Shown piece after piece: positions 18,069 to 28,083 of a stretch of DNA of 64,000 nt. The stretch is from IMG/VR virus record IMGVR_UViG_3300017917_003742, positions 11,160 to 75,159 of that record. One strand, written 5' to 3'. This stretch comes from a virus. Below the pieces are notes generated by a model, which did not search any database, was not told where the DNA came from, and worked only from the letters and a program-made list of their open reading frames with translations. A program made the translations under genes and the position numbers. Each line of letters opens with the position of its first letter. Positions within the stretch are counted from its first letter, which is position 1.

Positions 18069-18361
18069 CAGAAGACCTTAAAAAATATTTAGAAACTCTT
18101 AAAAAACAAAATAGTCCAGAAAATCAAGACTATATTAAAGCGGTTGAGCTAGGATTAACTGGAAAAGATCGTTGGAGTGAAGGAATTCCCCATCATCCAA
18201 TGTCAGAACGATTAATGAAGTTTCTAGCAAAACACGACTTCATTGATTATGACGATTATTTCTGTTGGAAAATGGGAGGAGACGGAGATAACGGTGAAAC
18301 TCTTATGTATCAAATGGATGCCTTTTTTGAAACTCTTGATATTGAGAAAAAGAGTAGTTAA
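18065..18361 (+). CDS. Hypothetical protein
   Basis: 98 aa with a WKMGGDGDNGE motif; coupled to coaC. Confidence 0.65.
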   Translation: MTEDLKKYLETLKKQNSPENQDYIKAVELGLTGKDRWSEGIPHHPMSERLMKFLAKHDFIDYDDYFCWKMGGDGDNGETLMYQMDAFFETLDIEKKSS

Positions 18362-18369
18362 ATAACTAC

Positions 18370-18819
18370 ATGGAAAAAGATTTAACATTAGATGATCTTA
18401 AAAACGCCATTGAAGAAATGGGATATTATGTTTCGGAAATACGTCCAAAAGGACCGTGTTGGGTTATTTTTGGAAAGGTGTTTTATGAAGGAAAGTTACG
18501 ATTTGAAAAAACTGCCATCGAGTGCCGAACACATAAAGTGAAAAATATAGACCAGTTCAAATTTGATATTATAACAGACTATAAAGATATTTGGGAAGAA
18601 AATAATATCAATCCCATATTTAGTTTATACACTCTTGAAAAAATACAAGATGAACAATCAGGAGAATCTTTATATGCTGTAAGATATGCGATTACAGATC
18701 ATTTATATAAAGGAGCGAAAGAAATAACAATCGAAGAAGCGAAAGAAATATTGAAAACTCGCAGAGACGATGTTTCAATGGAATTTTATCAAGATTTGAA
18801 GAACATTTACGAATTGTAA
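18370..18819 (+). CDS. Small protein resembling two joined segments of the gp23 major capsid protein
   Basis: FYEGKLRFEKTAIECRTHKVK vs gp23 WNEMGFRIDKQVIEAKSRQLK; PIFSLYTL....D.........VRYAI vs PYVALTPL...D...........TRYGI (recalled, by eye). Confidence 0.5.
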   Translation: MEKDLTLDDLKNAIEEMGYYVSEIRPKGPCWVIFGKVFYEGKLRFEKTAIECRTHKVKNIDQFKFDIITDYKDIWEENNINPIFSLYTLEKIQDEQSGESLYAVRYAITDHLYKGAKEITIEEAKEILKTRRDDVSMEFYQDLKNIYEL

Positions 18820-18872
18820 TCTATAAAATACTTGAAAAATTCTTAAACGGGTGATAAAGTATCTATACAAAA

Positions 18873-19733
18873 ATGTCAAAATTTAATCATTTCAAAGAAA
18901 AAACCGCAGTCGCAATCATCACCTGTAACCGTGAAGAATTCCTCCATCAAGCAGTAGAAAGCATAGATCGTGAAGCTGTAGGAGAAATTTTCGTTGTTAA
19001 TGCTGGTGGTCATCTTAAAAAAAGACCCGAAGGCGTTAAAATTGTTCAGTGTAACCGAAATCCTACCGTTGTAGGAATTGCTAAGAATATTGCTCTTCGT
19101 GAAATGAAAAAGAGTGGATACGAGTTTTTATTCTTAATGGAAGATGATGTTAAAGTTAAAGATAATAATGTTTTCTTGAAGTATATTGAAACCGCAATGG
19201 ACAGTGGACTTTGGGCAGGCCAGCTTTCTTATGGTGTTCACGGAGGCGTAGGAGGCGGAAACGTAGCTCCTGACGGAACTCCCCTAAAAAGACTCACTGT
19301 TCAATACACACATCATAAAGTAGATTTATATCGCAACAGCTTTCAAGCATTCACACTTTATCATGCAAACGTTTTAAATCAGATTGGATATTTCGCAGAA
19401 AACTATCTTAATGCAGCAGAACATTTAGATCATTACTACACTGCATACCTAAAAGGTCTTGGATGTAATTACTGGTATTTCCCTGACATTGAAAATTCAT
19501 TTGAGTATCTTGAAGACATTGATGCAAATCACAGCAACTCTGTAATTCGAAATTCCAAAGATTTTACAACCAACTTTTCAACAAGTTGGGGACTGTTCAA
19601 AGATAAATTCAATTGTTATCCTCACGAAGTCACGGATTCTTCTGTTGAAGAAGTGAACGAAAGATTAAATCTTATCGAACAAAACTATTCTCAAAAATCT
19701 TTACTAGAGTCTCCCGTTGACAGCGAACAATAA
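18873..19733 (+). CDS. Glycosyltransferase family 2
   Basis: AIITCNR, GIAKN, FLMEDD, EH.D motifs. Confidence 0.85.
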   Translation: MSKFNHFKEKTAVAIITCNREEFLHQAVESIDREAVGEIFVVNAGGHLKKRPEGVKIVQCNRNPTVVGIAKNIALREMKKSGYEFLFLMEDDVKVKDNNVFLKYIETAMDSGLWAGQLSYGVHGGVGGGNVAPDGTPLKRLTVQYTHHKVDLYRNSFQAFTLYHANVLNQIGYFAENYLNAAEHLDHYYTAYLKGLGCNYWYFPDIENSFEYLEDIDANHSNSVIRNSKDFTTNFSTSWGLFKDKFNCYPHEVTDSSVEEVNERLNLIEQNYSQKSLLESPVDSEQ

Positions 19734-19745
19734 CTGTAGTATAAT
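19717..19745 (+). promoter_or_regulatory. Consensus sigma70 promoter TTGACA-N17-TATAAT, 5 nt before ATG 19751
   Basis: Perfect consensus, read directly. Confidence 0.9.
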
Positions 19746-19750
19746 CTAGC

Positions 19751-20911
19751 ATGAGTCTTATTGATAAACTTAAAGAGTTAGGTGCAGTTTTTGTCGAAGA
19801 AACCATTAACGCCAATGATGGGAAATTCATTCTCGGAAAAGACGCTACAGCTTATGAGGAATTTCTCTATGTGTTGAAGTATGGTAACATTCCATCAACA
19901 TCTGATGTTGAATACAAGAAAAATCGCTTTGAAGAAGTGCTAAAATTCTTTATCAAAGAAAATTTCAAAGTTGGGTTTGTTCGTTCAACATACAATCGTT
20001 GGAGTGCAGAAACCGTCTTCTTGTTCAATGACAGCATCAAAACTATCATTGAACTTGCTGATCGAAAAAACAATGATGTTATTCTCACCACAGACGAGGA
20101 ATCGCAAAATGATGAGTATGCAACCATAACAATCTGTTATGACCTTCAAAAAGGTGGAGAATTTGCAAATAAAGTTAAAGAAGAATTTTTCGCAAAGAAA
20201 GATTTATCCGACAGTGGCAAGATTCTTTTGTTTGAAAAGACCGAATACAATGAGATGATTCTCACTCCTCACCCAATTAAGAACTATGATCTTGATTTGA
20301 GTGAAAACTACAACGACGACTTTCTTGATGTTCATGAAAAAATCAAAGGATGGGCAGAAGATTTCAAGAGTCGCAACAATAAGCTTGTTCTTCTTCATGG
20401 TGTTCCCGGTAGTGGAAAAACCAATTATATCAAGTATATCTTGAACAATATCAAATCCTCCAAGAAGATTTATATTCCGCCATATCTTGTGAACAGCATG
20501 GCAGACCCAGCATTTTTTCCTGTTATCAAACGTGAAAAGGAAAGCATTCTCATCATTGAAGATGCAGAAAAGATTCTTATCAATCGTGAAGATTCCTCAG
20601 ACAACAGTGTAATTTCAATCTTGTTGAACCTTTGTGATGGTATCATGGCTGATGTATTGAACTTTAAAATCATCGCAACTTTCAACACAGACGAAGATAA
20701 AATTGATGCTGCATTAAAGAGAAAAGGACGCATGTTTTTGAAGTATAAGTTTGACTCTCTTTCCAAAGAGAAAACTAAGCACTTGTTCAATAAAATTTAT
20801 GGTGCAGAACCACCTAAAGAACGTATGACTCTTGCCGAAATCTACAACGACGAAAACGAATTTGGTGCGAAAAAAGAAGAGAAGAAATCTATCGGTTTCC
20901 TTAATGTATGA
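19751..20911 (+). CDS. AAA+ ATPase
   Basis: LLHGVPGSGKT, LIIEDAE, LLN..DG, TFN, D.AL.R.GR. Confidence 0.88.
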   Translation: MSLIDKLKELGAVFVEETINANDGKFILGKDATAYEEFLYVLKYGNIPSTSDVEYKKNRFEEVLKFFIKENFKVGFVRSTYNRWSAETVFLFNDSIKTIIELADRKNNDVILTTDEESQNDEYATITICYDLQKGGEFANKVKEEFFAKKDLSDSGKILLFEKTEYNEMILTPHPIKNYDLDLSENYNDDFLDVHEKIKGWAEDFKSRNNKLVLLHGVPGSGKTNYIKYILNNIKSSKKIYIPPYLVNSMADPAFFPVIKREKESILIIEDAEKILINREDSSDNSVISILLNLCDGIMADVLNFKIIATFNTDEDKIDAALKRKGRMFLKYKFDSLSKEKTKHLFNKIYGAEPPKERMTLAEIYNDENEFGAKKEEKKSIGFLNV

Positions 20912-21678
20912 TCGGAATAGGAATAATTACATATGATCGTGAAGAAAAGTTCAATAGAGTATTAAGTTCTATTGAACTTTCTCGCGTCGGACATGTTGTT
21001 GCATTAAAAGACGGAGGAAAACCGCCTTATAAAGAACTGCCTTACTCTGATAAAAAAATTGAATATCACCAATTAGAGGATAATAAAGGAGTTGGAAAGT
21101 GCAAAAATATTATTTTAAATTATTTAACAAGTAAAGATTGTGAACATATTTTTTTACTAGAAGATGACTGTCTTGTAAAAGATAACAGTGTGTGGGACTA
21201 TTGCATATCTTTCGCAGAAGAAAGTGGACTATTACATTTTAACTGGAACGATTATCGTCATCCACGTTTTGCAACAGCAGAGTTTCATAAGCACAAGGCT
21301 GCACTTTGTCATAACACAGAAGCAAGTTTCTCTTACTTTCATAAGAAATTCCTAGAAGACATTCGTTTTGATGAAAATTATATGAATGCATGGGAACATA
21401 TAGACATCGAACTTCAAGGAGAAGCGAAAGGATTTCTACCTCCTTTTCGTTGGTTTGTTTCGCCATCAGATTTAAATTTATATCTTGAGGATATAGACAC
21501 AAATGATTCTTCTATCACAAACAGGGAACATTATCATGAACGTGTAATGAGTGGTCATCACTATTTTGAAAAAAAGTGGGGTAAAAAGGTCAACGAAATT
21601 CCAAGAGTAGACGGAAAATCCTTCTACGAAAAAATGAAACAAATTACAATAAAATATGCAAATCGCAATAGTAACTAA
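20908..21678 (+). CDS. Glycosyltransferase family 2 (paralog of 18873)
   Basis: GIITYDR, GVGKCKN, FLLEDD, FDE.Y..AWEH.D. Confidence 0.85.
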   Translation: MIGIGIITYDREEKFNRVLSSIELSRVGHVVALKDGGKPPYKELPYSDKKIEYHQLEDNKGVGKCKNIILNYLTSKDCEHIFLLEDDCLVKDNSVWDYCISFAEESGLLHFNWNDYRHPRFATAEFHKHKAALCHNTEASFSYFHKKFLEDIRFDENYMNAWEHIDIELQGEAKGFLPPFRWFVSPSDLNLYLEDIDTNDSSITNREHYHERVMSGHHYFEKKWGKKVNEIPRVDGKSFYEKMKQITIKYANRNSN

Positions 21679-22522
21679 TACCTTTAGAAAATATCATCGT
21701 CAAAATATAGCTTCTGAATCTTGGTTAAATCTAAAGAGATCGTTTCCTGATAATGTGCGTTTATACAATCTCCAATTCAAGGATGAGAAAACCACATTTG
21801 AAGATCATTACGAAGGTGTTGACACAGTTTTTTGTTTGGATACATCAAGTAAAACTTATATTAAAAATGCCTCAAAAAAACTTCCTGTAATATCAGAAAT
21901 TATTTTTCGAGGTTTTGTTTATAGTAAATGTGATTATTTGATATATGTAAATTCTGATGTTATTCTTCTTCCTAGATTAATAGAATATATTTTAACAGAA
22001 AAGCCTGATTGTATGGCAGGTCCAAGACTTGATATAGAGAATGTTGATTCTTTTCAAAATATATTAGATGAGAAGGTCAAGCCAGTTCGAAATGAAATTG
22101 CAGGATACGACTTTTTTGTTTTCGAAAAGAGTTGGTTCGAGACTTATAAGAAATATTTTGTTAGTAAGTTCTTGATTGGTAAACCTCTTTTTGACGTAGA
22201 TTATGCAGGTCTTATGGTTCTCTTTGGAAAGAAATATCATATCGCAAACGGTTATCCTGTTATGGCACTTCATATTCATCACGGAATTGATTCTGTAACA
22301 ACAGATTGTGCCGAAAGGGATCATAATCAGAAAGTTCATGATGAGAACGATTTGTTCAGAATAGCCAACAATGTGATGTTTTTTAACTTACAACATAACT
22401 TGTGTAAAAGAAAACCTTGGGGTGCCTTTTTACAACCGCAGGCTAATGAACAACAAATTCAGAAAAGTTTTTTTGATGTGATGAACATACATGTTGATAA
22501 CCAGATTAAATACGTCGAATGA
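21656..22522 (+). CDS. Putative GT-A glycosyltransferase
   Basis: YVNSDVIL, R.D, GYDFFVF, H.HH; glycan-cluster context. Confidence 0.55.
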   Translation: MQIAIVTNTFRKYHRQNIASESWLNLKRSFPDNVRLYNLQFKDEKTTFEDHYEGVDTVFCLDTSSKTYIKNASKKLPVISEIIFRGFVYSKCDYLIYVNSDVILLPRLIEYILTEKPDCMAGPRLDIENVDSFQNILDEKVKPVRNEIAGYDFFVFEKSWFETYKKYFVSKFLIGKPLFDVDYAGLMVLFGKKYHIANGYPVMALHIHHGIDSVTTDCAERDHNQKVHDENDLFRIANNVMFFNLQHNLCKRKPWGAFLQPQANEQQIQKSFFDVMNIHVDNQIKYVE

Positions 22523-23157
22523 AAGTTTATACATTTTTTACAGATAGTCATCGGAAACTTTTTGATATATTTGAAAAGAATTTTCCTTACTCAGAAGCAG
22601 AGTTAAACGTTAAGTGGTTTCCACAAGAATGCAAGACTGGAAGTTATATGGCCGAAGGTTGGACTTCTACAATGAGAAAGAAGGTAGAATATATTCTACA
22701 ATCTTTGAAAGAGACGCCTGAGAACGAATGGTTCGTTCATTCAGACTGCGACATTGTTCTATTTCCCGGTTGGTCAGACATTCTTGAACGCAACAAGAAC
22801 AAAGTTGATATGATGATTCAGAATGACTATACTATGCTTTGTGCAGGATTTTTCTTTTGTAAATCCAATGTCCAGACTAAATTACTTTGGGGAAGAGTTT
22901 TAAGAGACTTAGATAAGTTTGAGCATGACCAAATTGCTATGAATCATTTCATCAAACAAATGCCCGAATTAAAAGTTGGTGTTCTTCCAGATAGTTATTT
23001 CACTTATGGATATTTTAATAGGGAGAATTGGGTTGGACAAAAATTTCAAGTTCCTAATATAGATGATTTAAAAATGTTTCATGCTAACTGGACACAAGGA
23101 GTTGACAATAAGATGAAACTCTTGGAAGAAGTAATTAGACAGAAATGTTCAAAATAG
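22519..23157 (+). CDS. Nucleotide-diphospho-sugar transferase (GT77-like)
   Basis: SDCDIV, Q.D...CAGFF, DQ, FHANW....NK. Confidence 0.75.
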   Translation: MKVYTFFTDSHRKLFDIFEKNFPYSEAELNVKWFPQECKTGSYMAEGWTSTMRKKVEYILQSLKETPENEWFVHSDCDIVLFPGWSDILERNKNKVDMMIQNDYTMLCAGFFFCKSNVQTKLLWGRVLRDLDKFEHDQIAMNHFIKQMPELKVGVLPDSYFTYGYFNRENWVGQKFQVPNIDDLKMFHANWTQGVDNKMKLLEEVIRQKCSK

Positions 23158-23966
23158 TAACAATATCTAAAAATGGTTTTGGAGAAGTTTCTGACGAAGT
23201 AAAAACAGAGCAGAACGTATTTGATCTTCTGGTAAAAAATAATAAAATATTACCAGAAGATTTAGGTTATGTCGGAATACCTTTGGCTGATAATATAAAC
23301 AATCGTGGAATAAGGTATACTCAGAGCTTAATAAACGATGTTCAGAACAAGTTTCCGAATTTTAAAAAAATATATATTTGTCAGCATATAAAAGTTAATG
23401 AGTTAAATTTTTACGACAACACTGTTTTCACTCCACATGTACTAAATTCACAGAACCATTTGTGTATTCCTCATTATAATTCTGTGATAAAACAAGATGA
23501 TTATATTGAACCGCAAAAAAGAAAATACAAGTTTTCATTTTTCGGTGCATTTAATTCACATATAACTCGTAAACAATTAGCAGTTTATAATACAGATGAT
23601 ACACCAGTCGTTGATACTGGAACATGGCATTATTATAAATCACCGAATGATAAAGAGAAATTTAAAAAAGATTACGTAAACAATCTAACTAACACTGTTT
23701 TTAGTTTGTGTCCAGAAGGAACAGGAGTGTCAACAATTCGACTTTTTGAATCTATGGCTTGTGGTTCAATACCAGTTCTTTTTAATGATGTTAAAGTACC
23801 AGAATGTATTAGAGAATATTGCATCTATTCTAAGATAGAATCTCTTCAAGATGATTTAAAAAATATCGAAAATAAAATAGACGAATATTCAAAAAACTTA
23901 TACAAAATTTATTGGGATAGACTAGAAAACGAAAAGATTCTAGAGTATATATTAGATAATGTGTAG
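23145..23966 (+). CDS. Exostosin-family (GT47) glycosyltransferase
   Basis: FSFFG, FSLCPEG.G..TIRLFESM.CG.IPV. Confidence 0.8.
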   Translation: MFKIVTISKNGFGEVSDEVKTEQNVFDLLVKNNKILPEDLGYVGIPLADNINNRGIRYTQSLINDVQNKFPNFKKIYICQHIKVNELNFYDNTVFTPHVLNSQNHLCIPHYNSVIKQDDYIEPQKRKYKFSFFGAFNSHITRKQLAVYNTDDTPVVDTGTWHYYKSPNDKEKFKKDYVNNLTNTVFSLCPEGTGVSTIRLFESMACGSIPVLFNDVKVPECIREYCIYSKIESLQDDLKNIENKIDEYSKNLYKIYWDRLENEKILEYILDNV

Positions 23967-25275
23967 TTTTTTAGTAACTAATAAACAAATCGAAAATTTA
24001 GATCACGTAAATTATTATCTAAAATTCAGAGGTCCAGACCATACAGAAATTGTAGAAGAAAATGGATGGACTATGATTCATAATTTACTGTCTATTACGG
24101 GAGATTTTACAAGTCAACCAATTTCACAGAACAATGTTTTTCTTATTTTTAATGGAGAAGTTTATAATTTTTTAGATAATAATAAAGATTATAAAAGCGA
24201 TGCATATTTTATATTAGATGAATATTTTTCTAAAGGAGAAGATTTTGTAAAAAATCTAGATGGAGAATTTGCACTCGTATTATTAGATTTTAATAAAAAC
24301 GTGTTGTATTTCTCTAGTGATATTTTTTGTTCAAAACCTATTTTCGTAGCTTCGGAAAACAAAAAGATAGGCATCGCTTCTTATAAATCATCTTTAGAAA
24401 GACTAGGATTTAATAATTTTCAGAGAGTAACTCCCAATACTCTTTATAAATTAGATATAACTAATTGGACCTTAACCCACAACAATATTCACGATTGGGA
24501 GTTGACTCAGAATATTGATTCTTACGATCTTTGGGAAGAAGCTTTTTTTCAATCATTAACTAAGAGAACTATCTTTACAAGAAATTCATTTCTTGTTCCT
24601 ATGAGTAGTGGTTATGATAGCGGCTCTATCGTTTGTGGTTTGGTAAATTCTCCTAACAAAAAAGATTTTATAACGTATTCGTTTTTCGGAAACGAAGATC
24701 GTTCTATCATAGAATCAAGATTACAGAATCATGACAAGAAATATTTTAGTAATAGTATAACAACTTCTCAGAAAAATGAAATTGTTGATCTTATGAAAGA
24801 GATTGTTGAGCCTTTTTATTATGGTCCTTCACCTCAGACTAAAACTCATGAGGGGTTTGATGATAAAGGTGCTATAGGTCTTTTTTATCTTCTTAAAGAA
24901 ATGAAACAGAAGGAGAATATCAAGGTCCAATTATCAGGACAAGGTGGAGACGAAATAACAGGAAATTTATCAACATATGGTTTTAACACCAGAAACCCTA
25001 ATCCTTGGCCGAATGATTTGAAGAGTGTGTTTCCTTGGGGAAACTTTTACTATGGCGCAAATTGGAGTTATCTGAACAAAGAAGAGTGTATAGCAGGAAG
25101 TCTTGGAATCGAAACACGCTATCCCCTCTTGGATAAGAAGGTTGTTCAGTCTTTTATTAATCTTACACCTGAATTTAAAAATAGGTTTTATAAAGCACCT
25201 TTAAGGAATTTCATGAGTAAATATAAGTTCCCATTCAAAGAAGAAAAGTTAGGATTTAATTTACAAATTATATGA
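23959..25275 (+). CDS. asnB: Asparagine-synthase-like glutamine amidotransferase
   Basis: N-terminal Cys2, RGPD, FNGEVYN, LDGEFA, MSSGYDS, SGQGGDE, E.RYPLLD. Confidence 0.85.
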   Translation: MCSFLVTNKQIENLDHVNYYLKFRGPDHTEIVEENGWTMIHNLLSITGDFTSQPISQNNVFLIFNGEVYNFLDNNKDYKSDAYFILDEYFSKGEDFVKNLDGEFALVLLDFNKNVLYFSSDIFCSKPIFVASENKKIGIASYKSSLERLGFNNFQRVTPNTLYKLDITNWTLTHNNIHDWELTQNIDSYDLWEEAFFQSLTKRTIFTRNSFLVPMSSGYDSGSIVCGLVNSPNKKDFITYSFFGNEDRSIIESRLQNHDKKYFSNSITTSQKNEIVDLMKEIVEPFYYGPSPQTKTHEGFDDKGAIGLFYLLKEMKQKENIKVQLSGQGGDEITGNLSTYGFNTRNPNPWPNDLKSVFPWGNFYYGANWSYLNKEECIAGSLGIETRYPLLDKKVVQSFINLTPEFKNRFYKAPLRNFMSKYKFPFKEEKLGFNLQII

Positions 25276-25859
25276 CAGAAATAACCAAACTAGGAACAGA
25301 ATATGGTAAACACTATATTGACCTAAATTACATAAATAAAGATTCTCTAGTATATTCATTTGGAATAGGAGAAGACATATCTTTTGATATGGAAATCATC
25401 AATCGAAAAGGGTGTACAATTCATGCTTTTGACCCTACACCAAAAAGTTTAAAATGGATAAAATCACAAAACCTACCTGATACTTTTAAATTTTATGAAT
25501 ATGGATTATCTAATATAGATGGAATATTATCATTTGAACCACCACCAAATCCAGAATGGGTATCATATAAAGAGTCATCAAAAGGCGAATTCTCTTTTCC
25601 TGTCAAAAAATTAAGTACAATTCTAAAAGAATTGGGACATTCAAAAAGAATAGATTTTCTGAAATTAGATATTGAAGGTTCAGAATATTCTGTTATAGAA
25701 AACATTTTAAAAGAAAATCTAAATCCTTTTCAGATGAGCATAGAATTTCACGGCGATCCTAAATACATAATATCTTGGGTCACTGAGAATAAACAGTTAA
25801 GAGATAGTTATCATGCATACGTATTTCCTGATAACGAGATTTACTTTTTTACAAAATAA
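25272..25859 (+). CDS. FkbM-family SAM methyltransferase
   Basis: YSFGIGEDISFD, FDPTP, LKLDIEGSEY, IEFH. Confidence 0.88.
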   Translation: MTEITKLGTEYGKHYIDLNYINKDSLVYSFGIGEDISFDMEIINRKGCTIHAFDPTPKSLKWIKSQNLPDTFKFYEYGLSNIDGILSFEPPPNPEWVSYKESSKGEFSFPVKKLSTILKELGHSKRIDFLKLDIEGSEYSVIENILKENLNPFQMSIEFHGDPKYIISWVTENKQLRDSYHAYVFPDNEIYFFTK

Positions 25860-25862
25860 AAT

Positions 25863-26426
25863 ATGGAACATTATTACCAAAATATAGGCGAAAACTGGTT
25901 TAGTTATCAAGGACTTTATACAGAAATGGTTAAGAGATACGACAATGCAAAATTTGTCGAGATTGGTTGTTGGAGAGGACGCAGTGCTTGTTATCTCGCT
26001 GTTGAAATTTTTAACAGCAACAAAAATATTCAATTGTATTGCGTTGATACTTGGGCAGGCAGTGAAGAACATAAAGACATGGACGTAATCAAGGATAATA
26101 AGTTATATGACGAATTTTTAGGTAATATTGAACCTGTAAAGCATATTATAACTCCTGTGCGAAACGCATCATTGGAAGCGGTAAAGTCTTTTGAAGATAA
26201 TTACTTTGACTTTATATTCATTGATGCCTCCCATGACTATGAAAATGTTTTAGCAGATTTAAGAGCATGGTATCCAAAACTTAAAACTGGCGGATATTTT
26301 GCAGGTCATGATTATGGTAATACATGGACTGGTGTTAACAGAGCAGTTGACCAATGGTGTCAAGAAAACAACGTGAGATTAGAAATGTCTGGTCATCAAT
26401 CATGTTGGGGATTAACTAAAAAATAA
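25863..26426 (+). CDS. Class I SAM methyltransferase (Methyltransf_24-like)
   Basis: VEIGCWRGRS, VDTW, FIDASHDY, GG...GHDY. Confidence 0.88.
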   Translation: MEHYYQNIGENWFSYQGLYTEMVKRYDNAKFVEIGCWRGRSACYLAVEIFNSNKNIQLYCVDTWAGSEEHKDMDVIKDNKLYDEFLGNIEPVKHIITPVRNASLEAVKSFEDNYFDFIFIDASHDYENVLADLRAWYPKLKTGGYFAGHDYGNTWTGVNRAVDQWCQENNVRLEMSGHQSCWGLTKK

Positions 26427-26427
26427 T

Positions 26428-27135
26428 ATGAAAACTGCTTTTTGTTTCTCAGGAGAATTAAGAAGCATAGACAAAACCTATCCGTTATTAAAGGAAAAAA
26501 TAATGGATAGGTTTTCTAACTATGATATTTTTTATCATACTTGGAAAGATGATCCTGATTTAAATAAATTACATTATTTTGAAAATGACAATCATACGAA
26601 AAATATCATCGTAGAGAATCGAGTCACTTTAGATGAAAAAAAGTATAACAAACATCTAATAAACAATACCAAAGTTCAGCCTTTGTTAAGACAACTATAT
26701 GGTCTTGAACAAGTAAACAACTTAAAAAAAGAACAAGAAAAACAAAACGGATTTTCATATGATATTGTTTTTAGGATAAGACCAGATATTCTTGTGTGCA
26801 ACAACACTTCGCTTGAAAAAGGTGTCGAGACTTGGGATATGAAAGATTATGTATATACCACAGACCATGATGATTACGGAGGTTACAATGATAAATTCTA
26901 TTTTTCGAATTCTGTAAACATGGACATATTATCCAATAGAAGAGAACTTATGGATTATTACGTGAGTATCGGCGGTTTATTACATTATGAGAAATTTTTA
27001 AAATTTTCTATAGATTACTCTGGATTAAAATTATGTCGAACTTCTATGTTGTTTACACTCCTACGAACAAACGGAAACTTCTCAGGACAATTAGAGGATA
27101 ATAAATTTATAAAAATTAATTTAGATAACTCTTGA
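26428..27135 (+). CDS. Putative glycosyltransferase-like protein
   Basis: A.CFSG.LR, YD.V.R.RPD, ND.F motifs typical of glycan-cluster proteins. Confidence 0.55.
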   Translation: MKTAFCFSGELRSIDKTYPLLKEKIMDRFSNYDIFYHTWKDDPDLNKLHYFENDNHTKNIIVENRVTLDEKKYNKHLINNTKVQPLLRQLYGLEQVNNLKKEQEKQNGFSYDIVFRIRPDILVCNNTSLEKGVETWDMKDYVYTTDHDDYGGYNDKFYFSNSVNMDILSNRRELMDYYVSIGGLLHYEKFLKFSIDYSGLKLCRTSMLFTLLRTNGNFSGQLEDNKFIKINLDNS

Positions 27136-28012
27136 TGTTTTTCAAAAAACCGTGTGGAGAAAAATAAGTTTCCCATAATTCTCTATTACTTTTAAGATTG
27201 AAATTTTTACTTACAATAATTTCAGGTAACTTTTCTATATCATCAAAATCTATTAGAATTATATGGTCGTTCCAATCTATAATGTTTTCTAATGGTAAAA
27301 TCGTGTTTGTATTTATAACTACAGGAACGCGCCCAAAACAAAGAGATTCGTAAAAACGGTAAGAGAAATTACCGTTACCTCTCATACAAAAAGTATATTT
27401 ATTTTGTATAATATTTGAATAGAATTCTCTTTTGGCTTTAAATTTCGGAAGTTCTGGCGACCAAAAACCAGACCTAACTATTTTATTGACAGGAAACACT
27501 TTTTCGATTTTTTCTAAAGCTTCTTTTCTATTACTGTTGTACACCCCACAAAACCCGATACTTTCGCTACATTCTTCCATAAAGATGCAATCATCAGATA
27601 TTAGAGCAGGAAATACTCTTTCGTTTTCTAAAATATTAGAACGTCCTACACTTGTTCTGAAAAGTATAAGATTGTCTGGTAATGTGAATTTTGATTCGTT
27701 GTCGTCATTATAAAAGGCGATTACTTTTTTATCATATTTTTTTGCATCTTGGCAAATTTCATTTATTCTTGAATCGTTAGGGTGGTATTTAAATGGAACA
27801 CCCACATAGTCACAATTTTCAATGGTAGTTGATTTTATCGAATTTTGTCCTGTGAAAAATAGTTTATTTAATAATCCATGATTCCAATAACCATGTGCAT
27901 TTGTTATTTTTTCAAAAGCTATTTCATTTACAAATGGTATTGCCCATAATAATTCTGATGAACATACTAAATCATTTGGTGTTAGCCGTTTTAAATCTAC
28001 ATGAAGGTTCAT
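27116..28012 (-). CDS. Exostosin-family (GT47) glycosyltransferase
   Basis: IGFCG, YTFCMRG.GNFSYRFYESL..GRVPV, LP....IDW. Confidence 0.8.
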   Translation of the reverse strand: MNLHVDLKRLTPNDLVCSSELLWAIPFVNEIAFEKITNAHGYWNHGLLNKLFFTGQNSIKSTTIENCDYVGVPFKYHPNDSRINEICQDAKKYDKKVIAFYNDDNESKFTLPDNLILFRTSVGRSNILENERVFPALISDDCIFMEECSESIGFCGVYNSNRKEALEKIEKVFPVNKIVRSGFWSPELPKFKAKREFYSNIIQNKYTFCMRGNGNFSYRFYESLCFGRVPVVINTNTILPLENIIDWNDHIILIDFDDIEKLPEIIVSKNFNLKSNRELWETYFSPHGFLKNIKSYLN

Positions 28013-28018
28013 TTCTTT

Positions 28019-28078
28019 TACTTAAACGTAGATTCGTTTTTGTCAACAGTTGACATTCATAGCTCTTCTATGTATATA
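28019..28078. promoter_or_regulatory. Back-to-back divergent promoters sharing palindrome TGTCAACAGTTGACA
   Basis: Plus strand: TTGACA(28050)-N17-TATATA-N5-ATG 28084. Minus strand: TTGACA(28046)-N16-TAAGTA-N6-ATG 28012. Confidence 0.75.
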
Positions 28079-28083
28079 TTTTT

